From: a virus | Taxonomy: Duplodnaviria; Caudoviricetes | IMG/VR virus record: IMGVR_UViG_3300046000_006159 | Location: 1-43,270 of that record | DNA: 43,270 nucleotides | Reading direction: 5' to 3' (one strand) | Shown: piece after piece, positions 8,381-19,200 of the stretch | Layout: every line of letters begins with the position of its first letter | Numbering within the stretch: the first letter of the stretch is position 1 | The notes under the pieces: generated by a model | Databases searched by the model: none | Told to the model about the DNA's origin: nothing | The model's input: the letters and a program-made list of their open reading frames with translations, nothing else | Made by a program: the position numbers and the translations under genes

Positions 8381-10435
8381 ATGGCAAACATCAGAACACT
8401 ACAACGCTCGTTTGCCGGGGGCGAGATCAGCCCAGAAATGTTTGGCCGGATTGATGACAACAAGTATCAAGCGGGTTTGGCAACGTGTCGTAACTTTGTC
8501 GCCAAACCTCAAGGCCCTATTGAAAACCGACCAGGCTTTGCCTTCGTGCGCGAGGTGAAGGATTCCACCAAGAAGGTGCGCTTGATCCCGTTCACCTACT
8601 CGACGACACAAACCATGATCCTGGAAGTGGGCGCGGGTTACTTCCGGTTTCACACGCAAGGCGCTACCTTGATGAGTGGCGGCGTACCGTATGAGATCGC
8701 AAGTCCTTACGCCGAAGCGGATCTGTTCGATCTGCACTATGTACAGTCGGCCGACGTATTGACCATCGTCCACCCGAACTACGCACCGCGCGAACTCAAA
8801 CGCTTGAGTGCAACCAACTGGACGTTGACCACAATCTCGTTTGCTGCGCCGATTGCTGCGCCAGCTTCCCCAACGGCCACCGCCACGACCGTGGGATCCC
8901 CAACAACCACGATGGACTACTCGTATGTGATTACTGCGATCGCGTCGGATGAGGTGTCGGAGTCTTCCCAATCGGAGGCGGCAACCTGTACCAATAACCT
9001 GTTTACCACCGGGTGTTACAACACGATTGCATGGTCAGAGGTTTCCGGGGCGGCACGCTATAACGTCTATAAACAACAAGGCGGCTTGTACGGGTACATC
9101 GGACAAACCACCACCACCTCGCTTAAGGATGACAACATCGCGCCGGATATGGGCAAAACCCCGCCGATTTACGACAACGTGTTCGCCGCATCGGGCGATT
9201 ATCCTGGCGCGGTGTCCTACTTTGAACAACGACGCGCGTTTGCCGGAACCAACAACAAACCGCAAAACATCTGGATGACCAAATCCGGCACCGAATCGGT
9301 GATGAGTTACAGCTTACCGATCCGCGATGATGACCGAATCTCGTTCCGTGTGGCGGCGCGCGAAGCCAACACCATTCGGCACATTGTCCCGTTGACACAA
9401 CTGCTGCTTTTGACGGGGGCGGCCGAGTGGCGGGTATCTTCGCTGAACTCTGACGCGATTACACCAACCACGATCTCGGTGCGGCCGCAATCGTATGTGG
9501 GTGCAAGCAACGTGCAGCCGGTGATTATCAACAATACGTTGTTGTATGGCGCGGCGCGCGGCGGGCATATCCGCGAATGTGCTTACAACTGGCAAGCGAA
9601 CGGCTTTATCAGTGGCGATTTGTCGTTGCGATCGGCGCACCTGTTCGATTCTTACGAAGTCACCGACATGACCTACGCCAAAGCACCGCAACCGGTGGTG
9701 TGGTTTATCTCATCGTCGGGTAAATTGCTGGGCCTAACCTATGTACCAGAACAGCAAATCGGTGCATGGCATTGGCACGATACCGACGGCACGTTTGAGA
9801 CGTGCGCGGTCGTGGCCGAAGGCGCCGACGATCGCTTGTATTGTGTGGTCAACCGCACCATTGGCGGCGTAACCAAACGCTATGTGGAACGTATGGGCAG
9901 CCGTGCGTTTGTCGATCCGGCCGATGCGTTCTTTGTCGATTGCGGCTTGACCTATTCCGGCACAGCGGCAACGACCATCAGCGGCTTGTCGCATATCGAA
10001 GGTAAAACCGTGAACATCCTAGCCGATGGCGCGGTACACCCGCATCGCGTGGTCAGTGGCGGCGCAATCACGCTCGACCAAGCAGCCAGCAAGGTGCAGA
10101 TTGGTTTACCAATCACGGCCGACGCGCAAACCTTACCGCTGGCGGCGGCAATCGATAACAGCTACGGACAAGGGCGATTTAAGAACGTCAACAAAGTATG
10201 GCTGCGCGTGTTTAGATCGTCGGGGATCTTTGTCGGGCCAGATGCCGACAACCTGGTCGAAGCGAAACAGCGGACTACCGAAGCCTATGGCACACCACCC
10301 GCGCTTAAAAGCGATGAGATCCAAGTGGTACTCACCCCAACGTGGGCGGCCAGCGGACAGGTGTTTATCAGACAATCCGATCCCTTGCCGCTGACCTTGG
10401 CCAGTATGACGTTTGAAGTAGCACTAGGGGCTTGA
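8381..10435 (+). CDS. Tail nozzle / tail tubular protein B-like
   Basis: SFAGGEISP, YPGAVSYFEQR and FFVDCG motifs; 684 aa. Confidence 0.85.
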   Translation: MANIRTLQRSFAGGEISPEMFGRIDDNKYQAGLATCRNFVAKPQGPIENRPGFAFVREVKDSTKKVRLIPFTYSTTQTMILEVGAGYFRFHTQGATLMSGGVPYEIASPYAEADLFDLHYVQSADVLTIVHPNYAPRELKRLSATNWTLTTISFAAPIAAPASPTATATTVGSPTTTMDYSYVITAIASDEVSESSQSEAATCTNNLFTTGCYNTIAWSEVSGAARYNVYKQQGGLYGYIGQTTTTSLKDDNIAPDMGKTPPIYDNVFAASGDYPGAVSYFEQRRAFAGTNNKPQNIWMTKSGTESVMSYSLPIRDDDRISFRVAAREANTIRHIVPLTQLLLLTGAAEWRVSSLNSDAITPTTISVRPQSYVGASNVQPVIINNTLLYGAARGGHIRECAYNWQANGFISGDLSLRSAHLFDSYEVTDMTYAKAPQPVVWFISSSGKLLGLTYVPEQQIGAWHWHDTDGTFETCAVVAEGADDRLYCVVNRTIGGVTKRYVERMGSRAFVDPADAFFVDCGLTYSGTAATTISGLSHIEGKTVNILADGAVHPHRVVSGGAITLDQAASKVQIGLPITADAQTLPLAAAIDNSYGQGRFKNVNKVWLRVFRSSGIFVGPDADNLVEAKQRTTEAYGTPPALKSDEIQVVLTPTWAASGQVFIRQSDPLPLTLASMTFEVALGA

Positions 10436-10466
10436 TGCACTTAGGAGGAACCCGAAGGGTTATGGT
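10433..10466 (+). promoter_or_regulatory. Putative late promoter (TGATGCACTTA-N17-TATGGT)
   Basis: Exact motif copy upstream of the internal virion protein genes. Confidence 0.75.
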
Positions 10467-10495
10467 TTAAGCCAATATCCTTCGGAGTTTTAGAC

Positions 10496-11098
10496 ATGAC
10501 AGTTCAAGGAATCGGGGCGCCGTCCTTTAGCGGGTTAAATGGTGGCGGACTGGGTGGCCTTGGCGCAGCGTCGCTAATCTCAAGCGTAGGTGGCCTTTTC
10601 TCATCTGCGATCGGCGGCTTTTTTAGCGCAAAGACCAACAAATACAATCTTCAAGCCCAAGCGATTACCGCCGACACCAACGCGCGTATTGCTGAACTAG
10701 GCGCGCAATCGGCGCTCATGCAGGGCCAACAAGAGGTTGGGAAACTCACCTTCAAAGCTGGACAGCTCAAGAGTTCGCAACGCGTCGCGTTGGCGGCCAA
10801 CGGCGTTGATCTGGGTGAAGGTAGCGCGGCCGAGATCCAAGCCTCTACCGACATTATGAAAGAGGTTGATGCCAACACCATTTTGGCCAACTCAGTGCGA
10901 ACTGCTTGGGGGTACCGGATGGATGGCACCAATTACACTAACAAAGCATTGATGGCGCGAAGCGATGCCAGCGCGATCAGCCCTTGGATGGCAGGTGCCG
11001 GTTCGCTTTTAGGTGGAGCGGGAAGTGTTGCGGATAAGTGGTACTCCCTTAACAAAGAAGGCGCGCTAAAAGGTACGCCGTTTGCTTTTGGGGGATAA
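10496..11098 (+). CDS. Small internal virion (ejection) protein
   Basis: Gly/Ala-rich, QRVALAANGVDLGEGSA motif; first of three genes after the nozzle. Confidence 0.75.
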   Translation: MTVQGIGAPSFSGLNGGGLGGLGAASLISSVGGLFSSAIGGFFSAKTNKYNLQAQAITADTNARIAELGAQSALMQGQQEVGKLTFKAGQLKSSQRVALAANGVDLGEGSAAEIQASTDIMKEVDANTILANSVRTAWGYRMDGTNYTNKALMARSDASAISPWMAGAGSLLGGAGSVADKWYSLNKEGALKGTPFAFGG

Positions 11099-11101
11099 GT
11101 A

Positions 11102-13246
11102 ATGCCTAGAGTCCCTACCTATGAAAACTTCCAGGCAACGTCTAACACCCTACCGCAATCCTATGTAGACGCGCCGCAATCAAGAATAGATGCTGGCAGT
11201 ACCGGCAAGATGATTGGCCAAGGCTTAAGCAACTTAGGCGATGGCCTAAACCAAGTGGCGATGAACATGGCTATTGAAGCCAACCAACTGCGCCTTGATG
11301 ATGCCTCGAACCAAGCGCGGGAAGTTGCGCGCAAATTGCAATTTGATAAAGACAGCGGCTATATCAACTTGAAGGGAAAGGACGCACTTGATCGTCCAGA
11401 CGGCCAATCGCTTACCGACGAATACGGTGGCAAGCTGCAAGAAAGCCTATCGCAAATTAGCCAGTCGCTAGGCAACGATGCCCAGCGCGCCGCGTTCGCT
11501 CGCTTTTCCAATGGATTTTTAACCGGGTTCAAAACCGACGTTGATCGGCACTTTATCCAAGAATCCACCACCTATGGTTTGTCAGTTGCCGAAGGCGCGC
11601 AAAAAGGCGCGATGGATGACATCGCCTTGAACTGGAACAATCCAGCGGTAATCAACGACGCGGTGACACGAATCCAGGCGGAAACCTATCGCCAAGCCAA
11701 ACTGCAAGGCAAATCGGCCACCTGGCAAGAAGCCCAATCCAAGGCGCTCACCAGCTCCGCGCACAAACTTGGCTTGATGACCGCATTAGAAAACAACGAT
11801 CCGTTGTATGCCGAAGCCTACTTAAAACGCTACGCCTCGCAAATGAACGCGGACGACATCCTGTTTGTGAAAGGACATATCACTAAAGAGGTGGACAACC
11901 ACGTTGGTATGACCGCTTCGGCCGAAGTCATTAGCAAGATGCAACCCCGAATCCAAACCAGTGACAGTGAGCGCGCGTTTAACATTTTGGTGGACAAGCT
12001 GGAAGGCGGCACTAATCCCGATGGCAGTTTTAAAACCAGTCCAAAGGGTGCAGTAGGCCCAGGGCAAGTGCTGCCGACCACCGGGCCGGAAGCCGCAAAA
12101 CTTGCGGGACTGCCTTGGGATGAAAACAGATTTAGAACAGACGCGAACTACAACAAAGCCCTCGGCTTGGCATATTTCCAAAAGCAATTACAAAACAACG
12201 GCGGCGATATGGAGAAAGCCTACGCCGCGTACAACGCTGGCCCAGGCGCGTTGAAAGAAGCCGTTAAGCGGGCCGACAAAGAAGGCGGCAAATGGTTGAC
12301 CTATTTGCCGACTGAAACCCAGAACTACGTAACGAAAGGGGTCGCAGCATACAACGCTGGCGACGGCAAACCACCACGCCCAACCTTCGCTGAAATTGAC
12401 GACGCACTGCGAAGCGATCCAAGGATCGCCAATCACCCAGAACGCTACAAGATCGCGCGCGCGGATGCCAAAGCGCGGTTTGAAGAGCAAACCCAAGCGA
12501 TCAAACAACGCGACGACGAAGCGGTGGCAACTGCCATGCGCGGCGTATTGCAGAACGGCGGCCGCTTTAGCGACTTGCCGCAAAACGTACGCGCTGCCGT
12601 ACCACCAAAAGAGATCGATTCGGTCATTAACTTTGCTCAAAAGATCTCTAAAGGCGATGACACCACAAGCCCTTGGCTCTACTCCAAGCTGGCCAACGAT
12701 CCGATGAAAGATCCGCTGACGGGTGAAGCAATGTCTGACGTGGCGTTTTTCAAATACAGACGCGAACTATCGGACTCGGATTTCAAACACTTTGCAGACG
12801 AGCGCGCCAAACGCAATGGCAACTTGGCCGGTGCCAACGGCCCAGGCGATTTGAACAGCACAGCGATCAAGCAGAACATCGATTCCAACTTGTCGCAGCT
12901 TGGCATCAATCCAAGCCCTAAGCACAGCGACACCGCCGCCAGCGGCCGCGATGGTGCGATCCGTAAATTCGTCAACGATTACTTTGTCGCCGCGCAACGC
13001 GAAGCCGGTAAGAAATTCACCGATGCCGAAGTCGCGCAGCACGTCAATTCCTTGTTCCTGAAAAACCAAACCATCAAAGGGTTTATCTCCGGCTATTCAG
13101 GCTCAATGCTGGGCATGAAGCAAAGCGATCTTCCTGACGGCACCGTGAAAGAAATCAAAGCCGCGCTGAAAGCCGCAGGCAACAACAGCCCAACCGAAGG
13201 GCAAATCTTAGAACACTATTGGTTAAGCCAGGTTACTAAACGATGA
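11102..13246 (+). CDS. Internal virion protein with lytic transglycosylase (SLT) domain
   Basis: LEGG...SPKGAVGPGQVLPTT...AAYNAGPG...ETQNYV motifs. Confidence 0.88.
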   Translation: MPRVPTYENFQATSNTLPQSYVDAPQSRIDAGSTGKMIGQGLSNLGDGLNQVAMNMAIEANQLRLDDASNQAREVARKLQFDKDSGYINLKGKDALDRPDGQSLTDEYGGKLQESLSQISQSLGNDAQRAAFARFSNGFLTGFKTDVDRHFIQESTTYGLSVAEGAQKGAMDDIALNWNNPAVINDAVTRIQAETYRQAKLQGKSATWQEAQSKALTSSAHKLGLMTALENNDPLYAEAYLKRYASQMNADDILFVKGHITKEVDNHVGMTASAEVISKMQPRIQTSDSERAFNILVDKLEGGTNPDGSFKTSPKGAVGPGQVLPTTGPEAAKLAGLPWDENRFRTDANYNKALGLAYFQKQLQNNGGDMEKAYAAYNAGPGALKEAVKRADKEGGKWLTYLPTETQNYVTKGVAAYNAGDGKPPRPTFAEIDDALRSDPRIANHPERYKIARADAKARFEEQTQAIKQRDDEAVATAMRGVLQNGGRFSDLPQNVRAAVPPKEIDSVINFAQKISKGDDTTSPWLYSKLANDPMKDPLTGEAMSDVAFFKYRRELSDSDFKHFADERAKRNGNLAGANGPGDLNSTAIKQNIDSNLSQLGINPSPKHSDTAASGRDGAIRKFVNDYFVAAQREAGKKFTDAEVAQHVNSLFLKNQTIKGFISGYSGSMLGMKQSDLPDGTVKEIKAALKAAGNNSPTEGQILEHYWLSQVTKR

Positions 13247-16200
13247 GCGAAGAAAACAATAATCAAGAAAACTTCGACAACCCAAACCCAGCGCAAGCCG
13301 CGCGCGTCGGATACTTCGGGGCTTTTGATACCAACCCTGATGCGTTTGCAGAGGCGCAGCGTGTTGCGCGTCGTGTTGGGGTTTCGCCGGATTTAGTCAT
13401 GGCGCAGCCGCAAGAAGCCAAAAAACAAGCGGCGATGGGATCGATTGATTTTGAAACCCTGGCCAAGACCAACCCTGCAACTTCGCTTGTTCTTGCAAAC
13501 GTTGACCACGCAAAAATCGCGCATGACGACATCAACAACCTGACCGATTTTGAAAACGCGCTTTCCTATATGGGCGCGTCTGGTCGTGCAGGGATGCGAG
13601 ATCTTGCCGCCGCCGGTGCCAAGTTGCTCGACGCGGCCAACCCATTCACCACCAGCGATGAGGATCTCGCGGTGTTGTATAAGAACGATCCAGAAGGTTT
13701 AAAGCGCCAGCGCGAACAAGGTGCAACGGCGATCTTGTCACGCTTTGCGCGTAACCAGACAAAGCAAGCCGACGAGATCATGCAAGGAATCCCGCAACAG
13801 ACCAAAGATTCCTACGGCGCGATGGAATACCAAACGCTAGATCCTGACAAGGCGGCGTATCTTCACCCAGTCAAAGTGGTGAGTGATGTAATCCGCTCGA
13901 TGCCAACCACGATGGCTTTGGCACTAACGGCCTTCTTAACTAAAGGCGCTTCTACCAAAGCCTACACTAGCGCGATTGAATCCGGCCTGTCCGAAGAAGC
14001 CGCACGCAAGGCCGCAATCGACGCGGCTACGCATCTCGCCTCACGCTTTGGCGCAGGATCGGAAGGTGCTATTGGCTACGCGCAACAGTACAACTCAACG
14101 CAACAACAAGTCGAAGCGTTGCCGTTTGCAACCCTTGAAAAATCCCCAGAGTTTCAAAAACTGGTTGCGTCGGGCTTTGATCCCAACGCTGCGCGGATCT
14201 TCCTATCGGCCAAAGCAGGTGAGCAATCCGGCGTAGGCGCGGGCTTGGTTGACGCGGCAACTAGCGGCATCGGCGGTCACTACCTAGGCAAGATCCTTGG
14301 CGAAGGCGGAAATGTGCTGCCTCGAATCGGCAAGGGCTTTGCAAACGAAGCCATAACCGAAACCGTGCAAAGTGGCGGCGAACAGTTTTCTGAAAACCTG
14401 GCTATCCAGCAAAACGCCAACCCAGAGCAATCGCTGTCCGCCAACGTGGTGGAAGGCATGTTGCAAGGCTTCGCTGTGGGCGGGCTTACCGGCGGCGCGG
14501 TTTCCGGCTTGGTCGGTCGCGTGGGCAAGGAAGAAAAGAAACTGGCCGAAACGGACAAGGCCGCACAAACCATTGGCGACATCAACACGCTATCGACCGA
14601 CAGCAAGGTGCGCCCAAGATCCACCGAGGTATTCCGGGACTTTATCAAGGGCGCAAAAGAAGAAGGCCCTGTCAATCAGGTGTATATCGACGCTGGCGCG
14701 CTAATGCAATCGGGCGTGGCAGATCAAGTTGCAGAGCTTTCACCTTCGGTTGCGGAGCAATTAAAAGTCGCGCAGGAAACCGGCGTAACCACAATGAATA
14801 TCGCGATCCCAGTGGAAGAGTACGCCGCTGCAATCGCACCCACCGAATACGCGCAATCGCTTTTTGAACACCTGAAAACCGATCCCGAAGGTTTTACCGT
14901 GGCTGAGAAAAAGGAAGCCATGCAAGGCGATCGTTTGGACGAGTTGGGCAAAGAGTTCGAGAAAGCCGTAGAGCAAGACAACAAAGACAGCGAGTTCCAG
15001 CAATCAAGCGAACGCTTGCGGAAAATGCTATTAGACCAGCACAACGCGCTTGGTCATTTTCAGAACGACACTAACAAGCAATATGCCGCGCTTTGGTCGC
15101 ACCGCTTTGATACGTTGGCCGAAGCGCAAGGCATCACGCCGGAAGAAGCTTATAAAAATTATGTTTCTAAGTATTCATCAGAATTTCAGCAAGGCTACGA
15201 CCAAGCCAAACCGTTTGATCTGACTAAACTGGCAGAAACCGAAGGCTTTAAAACAGGCCAGCCTGTCACGTTTGATTTTTCGCATAACACCGAAAGCGCA
15301 ACGGCGCTGTTTGGCAAGCCAAAGAAAGGCGATCAATTCCAACGCGACTTAGAGCCTTCCGGTCGTTACGTCGTCCAGGTGCCGGATGCGACAAAAGTTG
15401 ACACCACCAACGGCAGGGTATCGGGCCAGCTAACCTTAAACAATCCGTTGGTGCTAAATGCCGAAAATTGGAAAAAAGACTTAGCCGACCATTATAAGAA
15501 AACCGGTAAACGCTTGAGCCAGGCGCTCATTGCTGACGGATACGACGGCGTTGTGACTGTTGATAAATACGGCACGTCTGAGATCTTGGATCTAACCACC
15601 TTCGACGAAAGCAAGGCGCTGTATCAAAGCCCGTTTGGTAGCTCTATTGAACACCGAACCCCACTAGCCGAAGGTCAAGCAACGATAGACGTTGACGGAG
15701 TGGATCGCCCAACAACCAACAGCAATGGACAACCTATTCATTGGAGCGAAGAAGGGATTCGCAATTTCTGGAAATGGTTTGGCGATTCCAAGGTCGTCGA
15801 TGGTGAGGGTAAACCGATGGTGGTTTATCACGGAACTGATGCTGATTTTACAGAGTTTGATCCAGATGCGGTTAGAGTGGAAGGAAGAAGAACCGCTATT
15901 GATTCTGGTATTTCTTTATCATATTCGCCAAAATTTGCCAGTGGTTATGCTAATAAAGAAAATGGCAAAGTTATACCGGTTTATGTACAGGCCAATCATA
16001 TTTGGAAAAATGATGAACAAGGTATAGCAGACGCAAAAATTGCGTTTGAAGACAAATACAATGAACCCATGCCAGATGCTATTCTTGAAAAGGTAAAAGA
16101 AGGACATTGGTCAGGCGTAGAAGGAATTTTAAAACAGCTTAAAGATTATGGTGGGTACGATGCCGTTGCAGTCAATGAAGCTGGCAAACAAAATTTAATA

Positions 16201-19200
16201 GTTTTCGACCCAACCCAAATCAAATCCGCCACCGGCAACAACGGAAATTTTGATCCGAACGACGCGAACATCTTGCATCAAAGCCCGTTTGGTAGCTCTA
16301 TTGAACACCGAACCCCACTAGCCGAAGGTCAAGCAACGATAGACGTTGACGGAGTGGATCGCCCAACAACCAACAGCAATGGACAACCTATTCATTGGAG
16401 CGAAGAAGGGATTCGCAATTTCTGGAAATGGTTTGGCGATTCCAAGGTCGTCGATGGTGAGGGTAAACCGATGGTGGTTTACCACGGTACCAAGGACGTT
16501 TTTTCAGAATTTAAAAAAGGCGATTTGGGTTTTCACTTCGGTACGGAAAAACAAGCTCAAATAATTTTAGAGCGAAAAAAGTATTTAAAGGGGGCAGACA
16601 ACGTTCTTCCGGTTTATCTGAAGATAGACAATGTAGTTCGCCTTCCCGATATAGGGTTTGATTCCGCTCGGGGATCTGTTCAGGAATTTGTCAACGCAGG
16701 CGCATTGAGCAAAACCGAAGCAAAAGAAATCAACGAAGAGATGTCCATCTCTTTTATCGACACCGGTGAAAAAGACGCAATGCAGCAAACGCTCCGGGAG
16801 GAATTACTAAAGCGGGGAATTGATGGCGTAATCTACCAAAACACGGGCGAGGCAGATCGGACAGATACCGGGCAATTACAGGACTCGTACATCGTTTTCG
16901 ATCCTACGCAAATTAAATCCGCCACCGGCAACAACGGTAATTTTGATCCGAATGATGCGAACATCTTGCATCAAAGCGCCCGTGACCTGATGGTCACTCA
17001 CAACTTGAGCGAGAAGAATTTACTGCACGTTCAAAAAATGGGAGGCATCCCGGTTCCGTCCTTGGCCGTGACTAAAAAAGAAACGCCACTCGACGGCTTT
17101 GGTGAAATCACCTTGATGGGTTCGCCGGAAATGGCCGACCCTAAAGGGTATGCAAAAACGCAAGTTTTTGGCGCAGATATTTATTCACCGCGTTACCCAG
17201 GTGTTGAGTACCAAGTCGCACCTAAAGTAATGCAAGAAGCCAAAAAGACTTTGAAACCTGCCGAAGAAGCAACCGGCGCGCGCTTTGATTGGGATGACCT
17301 AGAAAGAAACGGCCCTAAGTATCTTGACCGATCTGCGCCTCTAATGTGGATGTTCCTTCGCGAAAAGGGAATCGAACCAATCACCGTAAAAGATTCCGTT
17401 GAACCTTTGCCTCCGGCGCTTGCGGCCTATGCAGACTTTCAAGGGTTTAAGCACGAGTTGGTAAAAGATCCTGAATTTCAAAAAGCGGCCGAAGATTGGA
17501 ATCTTAGCCGACTTACCCCTCGATACGATGGCGACGCATCCGCCGCGCAAGAAGAGATTGATCTGCAAAAGGCCAACGCAATCGCTAACGATTTGGATGC
17601 GCCGGGGTTTGTCCATTCTGCGGCCACACGGATTACGGACTACCAACACCTAAAACGACGTGCAGAAACGTCGGGAGGGGTTGATCGGTATGAAACCCAG
17701 CGCGCAATGGCTTCTCAAATTGAAGGCGCCGACCTAAACACCGAGATGGAGGAATTCGCCCAAGGGTTTGTTGCATCGCTCAACCCGAAAGAAAAAATCT
17801 TCCAGGGCTTTACTAACTCAGGCAACCGTCGATACGTTGACCATACGCTTGAGAATGTCGTCAAGATCCTTAAGAAAGAACTACGCGGCGGCGAAGGGTT
17901 CAACTATGGGATTGGTAGCCTTCGCGCTAAGTTCACCCCGCAGTTTAAAACGATCGCGCAGATCCAAAAGAACAAAGATCGGTTGATGTCGTCCGCCGAT
18001 TTTGAGAAGGTAAAAGAGGAAATCGATACCGAGCTATCAGAATTGTCCGAAGTTCTTGGATTGAGCGAGGATCAGACCATTGGCGTAATGGAGGATCTAC
18101 CTAAGATGGGATTGCAGAAAGCGGTTCAATACTATGATCCGAATTTCCAACCCACCGACGAGCAACGACAAGCCACGGGCGAGTTTTTAACCCGCTTACA
18201 AAACTTGCCGACCGCATACTTTGAAGCAAAGATCTTGCGCGACGTAGACTTGGCCGAGTTTAATGGGGCGGTGGTTCCGAGTAGCATCAGCCAAAAAGCC
18301 CTAGACGCTTTAAAGGCGCGAGGTATTACGGATATTAAAACGTATGAAGCGGGGAATGAACAGGATCGATCCGCCAAGATTGCAGAATTTGAACACCTGT
18401 TTTTTCAAAAGCAAAACGACAAAGCGCGCGGATCTTTCAACCCCGACACTTTAACGATCTCGCTTCTAAAAGGCGCCGACCTTTCGACTTTCCTGCACGA
18501 AACCGGCCACTACTTTTTAGAGATGCAGTTCGACCTTGCAGCAAAACTTCAAGGCGAAGCCGACATCTTTGGATACGACAGCTTAAAACCTGGTGAGCGC
18601 ACGATTGTTGCCGACACCCAAAAGATCCTTGACTGGTTTGGCGTACCGGATCTGCAAACCTGGTACAACATGAGTTTGGACGAAAAACGCCCACACCACG
18701 AACAGTTTGCCAGGGGCTTTGAAGCCTATTTGTTCGAAGGCAACGCGCCAAGTATTGAGCTGCAAGCCGTCTTCCAAAAGTTCCGCGATTGGTTGGTGAG
18801 AGTTTACAAATCCCTCAAAAACCTAAACGTCGAATTGACGGACGAAGTGCGCGGCGTGTTCGATCGAATGTTGGCCAGCGAAGAGCAGATCGCGTTAGCA
18901 GAACAGGCGAGAAGCATGATGCCGCTGTTCACCACCATAGACCAAGCACCAATGTCGCCGGATGAATTCCGCGACTATCAAGAGCAAGGCAAAGCGGCCA
19001 CCGCTGCTGCCGTTGGGGATCTGGAATCACGCGGCCTTCGGGATATGCAATGGCTTCGCAACGCGCGCAGCAAAGCGTTAAAGGCGTTACAGAAAGAAGC
19101 CAAAGAAAAGCGCCGCGAGGTGCAGATGGATGTGCGCGCCGAAGTGATGGCTCAACCAATATATCGTGCGTGGACGCTGCTTACATCAAAGATCAACCCA

